From NCBI GenBank assembly GCA_964478865.1, contig CAYZJS010000087.1, positions 17,643 to 81,642 of the forward strand: a DNA stretch of 64,000 bases, written 5' to 3'. The notes under the pieces are model-generated. The model was not told where the DNA came from. It searched no databases and saw only the letters and a program-made list of their open reading frames with translations. Shown in pieces: positions 63,691 to 64,000 of the stretch (within the stretch, counting starts at the first letter, position 1; the number at the start of each line of letters is the position of its first letter). This stretch comes from an uncultured Thermodesulfatator sp. Its GTDB lineage: Bacteria; Desulfobacterota; Dissulfuribacteria; Dissulfuribacterales; QOAL01. A program made the position numbers and the translations under genes.

Positions 63691-64000
63691 GCCTAACCTT
63701 AGGTGCCCATGTGCCGGAAGAACCTTTTTTACTGCCCTTGATTCCAGGGGACCTGTTCTGGTAGGTTAAACCTGCTTGGTAAAGATGGACCCAAATTCTA
63801 CACTTCAAATGCCTGACAACTGGGACTGAACAAGATTTCTGCCCTTGGATTCCGGCGACCAGTCTTGTGAAACACGCAAATTCAAAGAAATCCGATGCCG
63901 CAGGGGAAGGCCTTACCACCAGGCCGTTTGAAAAGCTGGCCGAACAGCTTTCAGCCCTTTCTCCACAGCGGAAAGCGGGGAAAAAACCGGGCAGGCGGGT

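Noticed and set aside
63724-63861. Direct repeats considered as a CRISPR array
   Set aside because: There are only two imperfect copies, the spacing of 107 nt is far larger than CRISPR spacers, and there are no cas genes in the window.
63354-63919. ORFs of 75, 68 and 100 aa in the 63.0-64.0 kb region
   Set aside because: They run through the palindromic repeats, have no RBS and give Arg/Pro/Gly-rich nonsense-like translations. The region is better explained as non-coding.
63867-64000. Possible 5' end of a plus-strand gene: GTG 63867, then ...TTRPFEKLAEQLSALSPQRKAGKKPGRR, open to the window edge
   Set aside because: Only about 44 codons are visible and there is no clear RBS. The identity (perhaps Smr-like) is a guess from a short N-terminus, which is too weak to report as a feature.

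Overview
Gene-dense chromosomal segment. GC looks moderately high by eye but was not computed. I support about 58 protein-coding genes. I recognised no rRNA, tRNA, CRISPR array, transposase, integrase or phage genes. The gene content suggests an anaerobic Deltaproteobacteria/Desulfobacterota-like organism (inference). It includes a four-subunit 2-oxoacid:ferredoxin oxidoreductase, sigma54/NtrC parts, c-di-GMP signalling genes, hpnA/L/M/G-like lipid genes, FadL plus an acyl-CoA ligase, a VKOR-thioredoxin fusion and radical SAM enzymes. Housekeeping genes present are pyrB-pyrC, panC-panD, gatC-gatA, rimO, tadA, radC and two SF1 helicases.

Observations worth a second look:
1. A ZraPSR-like sigma54 regulon. 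The same enhancer, TTCGACA-N4-TGTCGAG plus a TTTGTCGAAC half-site, sits upstream of -24/-12 promoters at two loci 9 kb apart with identical 15-nt and 75-nt spacings. It appears to drive several uncharacterised secreted Gly/His-rich proteins.
2. A dispersed family of long imperfect-palindrome intergenic repeats, with three copies at 16.5 kb and 63.1-63.7 kb. Two copies share a 42-nt perfect match. One copy has a 32-bp stem whose only mismatches become G-U pairs on the minus strand. The elements carry GCGAAGC motifs.
3. A three-gene operon: a leaderless papain-like peptidase, a single-pass lectin-like/PKD-repeat membrane protein, and an unknown 192-aa protein.
4. An orphan CbbQ/NorQ ATPase and CbbO/NorD vWA pair, translationally linked to a Cys-rich DUF166 protein and located next to the oxidoreductase operon.
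5. A 584-aa protein built from repeated winged-helix-like units.
6. A signal-peptide-bearing glutaminase paired with its own porin.

All family assignments come from reading motifs in the translations. No database search was run.
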